DNA from: Macrostomum lignano
Lineage: Eukaryota
Reading direction: 5' to 3'
Assembly (NCBI GenBank): GCA_002269645.1
Contig: NIVC01002687.1
Location: 1-64,000, forward strand
DNA length: 64,000 bases
Positions 55,835 through 64,000 of this stretch are shown in pieces. The first letter of the stretch is position 1, and the number at the start of each line of letters is the position of its first letter. A model generated the notes under the pieces. That model had not been told where the DNA came from and made no database searches. It was given only the letters and a program-made list of their open reading frames with translations. The position numbers were made by a program, and so were the translations under genes.

Positions 55835-57968
55835 GCCTTCTTTGACCTTCTTTGACCTTATGCAGCAGTCTGTCAACCCCAGTTCACTGGCTTGCTTCCG
55901 ATCCGCAGTGACAGCTGGTATACTTTTATTATATTACGTAGGCCTTGCTCAGGTAGTAGTTCATAATTTTCACGTAAACGATTGAGCTCCGTTTTTTTCG
56001 AAATCTACAACACAAGCTGTGACCGAGCTTTCTTGTCATCGTCAGCGATTCGAGCTTTGATTTACGAGTCTAGTGAACCTTGCAAAGTCTAGCTCAGCAA
56101 AACTTGCCGATCTGGATGATCGATTTTATACTGTACAGAGTTTTGATATACTAACATTGTTCTGCGCTGCTCTACATACCCGTCACCTACTTCATTGCCG
56201 CAGTAGTGCAATGCATGTAATTATAATGTATCTGATTTACTAGCTTGCATGATAGCTGAGATTTAAATGTACTGATGTTGGCAAATTTGTTGCTGTATGT
56301 ACGTTGAAGCGTTCAGTATCAGCGCGGTTATTAAAACTAGAAAAGTCCAGATTTTGAACCATAGAAATTACATGCATGGAAGACAGGAGGCCGGCCGGTA
56401 CAGCAGGAGACAGCAGCTGGGACGAGGCCGTGGAGCCGCGGCCTGTAAGATAGATACATGTAATTAAGTAAAAAATATATAACAATTACATGTAAATATC
56501 TTTTTCAATTGCGTCTTATTCTCCTTCAGTCCCGTAATGACTAACGTATAATTTCAAAATTACAGTTATGTGAAACTGCATGCATCTGAATATATTCATA
56601 TAGATGTATGTAAATGAGAAGCATCGCTCTGGTAGGGCGTGCGTACATGTACATGTATATGTACGAGCTAGATGCACACAGTTCGTACATGCATCAACAT
56701 TTGAGAACAGCTAGTTATTTTATACATGGCATGAAACTTTAATCTTTTCGTTTTCTTATTTCATGCATTCTACTTAAAAGAGGCTAGGTTCATAGCCGTT
56801 GCATCTTCTACTATTTGAAGTTTAAATTCGTTTCTTGGCTCAAGAAGAATCTATCTGCATAAATCCATAAATTCCTCATCAAACGATGTGACGTTCGTTT
56901 TAGCTACTTCTGTAAAACAATTGAATAGAAGTGCTAACCTAACACACAACTTAACAGTTTCAGTACATGCGAATATGGGTTTGCTTATCGGTCAACAAAA
57001 ATCTTGTTGACTTTGCACCACAGAATCACCTTGCCAAAGTCAAGAAAATTGTGAAGTGTTCTGAGTGCAACTATATGTATTTTTTCGTTAATGGTACTTG
57101 TCATAGTCATAATAAATGATTTAATGCTAAAAACAAATAACAAAATAAAAATAAAATTTGGAGGCTTAAGAAGACTTTGTCGAAAATATAAATTAAAAGA
57201 TACAAAATTATTTTGTTTATGTTTTGGGTACAGGGATGTATAATCGGCGATATATAAACGTTTTTTCGACACAATTTTCAAAATCTAACGAGCGAATCAA
57301 TCTAATAGATTCTGGATCCCACAGAAGCTCTGCTATTTGTTCAGTTCCTGTAAATTTCGTTCTGTAGCCGCCGCGCCAGGAAAAATCGAAGAAACAATTT
57401 CTTATTCTGTAAAACGTAAGCAAATATGAAGCATCAGTTGCGTGCACTGTAAATTAACTTAAGCTCTAAAACTTCTCAGGTGACAGTTATACGGTTGATT
57501 TAAAATATTTTTAGACGTATTTTTTGGTGTTGCCTTGATTTTCGTTAAAAAATTATTTGTAACATCAAAACTATGTTTCTCTTTATAAATAATTCAAAAA
57601 GATTTTAAACCCAATCTCATTGACAGTACATAAACTTTTTATGTATTTATATAATATTATTGAATATTTAAGATAAAAAATCATTTCATTTTTTAATACT
57701 AGCAGTCTGTTTATATAAATCATTGAAGATGAAAGCTTATAAATAATAATAATAATAAAATATTTTGTTATTGCGCTCGTAGAAAAAACGTTCTATGCTT
57801 AATAATTGACTGCCTCTAATTTTTACTAAAGTTTTAATTTTGCAATGTTAATATTATTTACCTTCTTAATTGGCATTTTTTATCGTTTTAACTAGCTTCA
57901 AATTAACTTGCAGCTGCTAAAAATCATTTGAAATTCTATTTCTTTTTTCTCATAGATTTCCACGCAAG

Positions 57969-63187
<5,219 letters not shown>

Positions 63188-64000
63188 AACCCGACCCCTC
63201 CACTTTCTGAGCCTTCAGCAATCAGGATTTCCTTTTGAGTTACGAGAATCTACTCATTTTGCCCACCCGGAGCTTTTGATAGAGGATTTTAAAGCAACAC
63301 CTGCTTGCAACGATAATTTTTTAAAATGCATGCCTAGTACGTATGTTGTGGCTCATTTGTTTCATTTTCCTGAGTTTTCGAATTTAAACAAGACACTTAC
63401 ATGTACATATTGTTTAGGAGTACCTTGAAAACACACATTTTAATGCAGAGCATCACAGGCGTAATTTTAAGTAATTGTTTATCATAATTTTTCTTCGTTT
63501 CGTGTGCTTTTTTCAATGCGGCTCCACTAATTGTTTTATGCAAAATGTTTAATATCATATAACACGCTAATATACACACGAACATATGTACACATACTCA
63601 GTGCTTACGCAATTGTATCTACATGTAAATATGGTTTGCTTGTAATCGCTTTTTAAAGACTTCAAATACAAACTAATTCGTCAAAACATTATTAATTTCT
63701 TTTAACAACGTAAAATGTGTTTTTTTTCTTTCGTTCATGTAATCATGCCGTAATTACATATTCCTGTCACATAGTAATTAATTCATTATCTCATAATTTG
63801 TTTGACTACTAATTATTTTTTAATTGCACTATAAAAACATTCGCTGCTATGCTATTAAATTTACTCGTTACAAGACTTACATAGCTCGTAGACAGTGAGG
63901 CGAATTGTGTCGAAGCACATGCAAATTATGGACGAGTTAATCCTTGTAAGTCTTTCGGGAGCCTATAATACATGCATGGTGCAACATGCATGTATAAAAA

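Overview
Eukaryotic (metazoan) genomic DNA with GT-AG introns. GC-rich, Gln/Ala-rich exons sit among AT-rich spacers and about 21 kb (roughly one third of the window) of tandem repeats. This style suggests the free-living flatworm Macrostomum lignano, which is an inference and was not checked. Eight spliced or single-exon genes can be reconstructed by hand. They are a GLI/Ci zinc-finger factor (+, riddled with base-loss frameshifts), an uncharacterised ~324-aa gene (-), V-ATPase subunit G (+), WDR31 (+), CtBP (+), a clavesin/RLBP1-like CRAL-TRIO gene (-), an intronless cytosolic sulfotransferase (-) and a ~681-aa Gln-rich AT-hook plus ankyrin-repeat gene (+). Mobile-element relics comprise three 5'-truncated RTE-like LINE 3' ends (one with a 10-bp TSD), decayed Ty3/gypsy integrase fragments, a piggyBac unit bounded by perfect TTAA-terminated inverted ends, and a TA-flanked 172-bp foldback. 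No CRISPR array, rRNA or tRNA is supported. The most notable observations are tandem duplications that capture splice sites in two genes, three different TE families each present as a local inverted pair, a piggyBac unit with two left ends, strong enrichment of the palindrome TACATGTA, and the AT-hook/ankyrin (nuclear IkB-like) protein.
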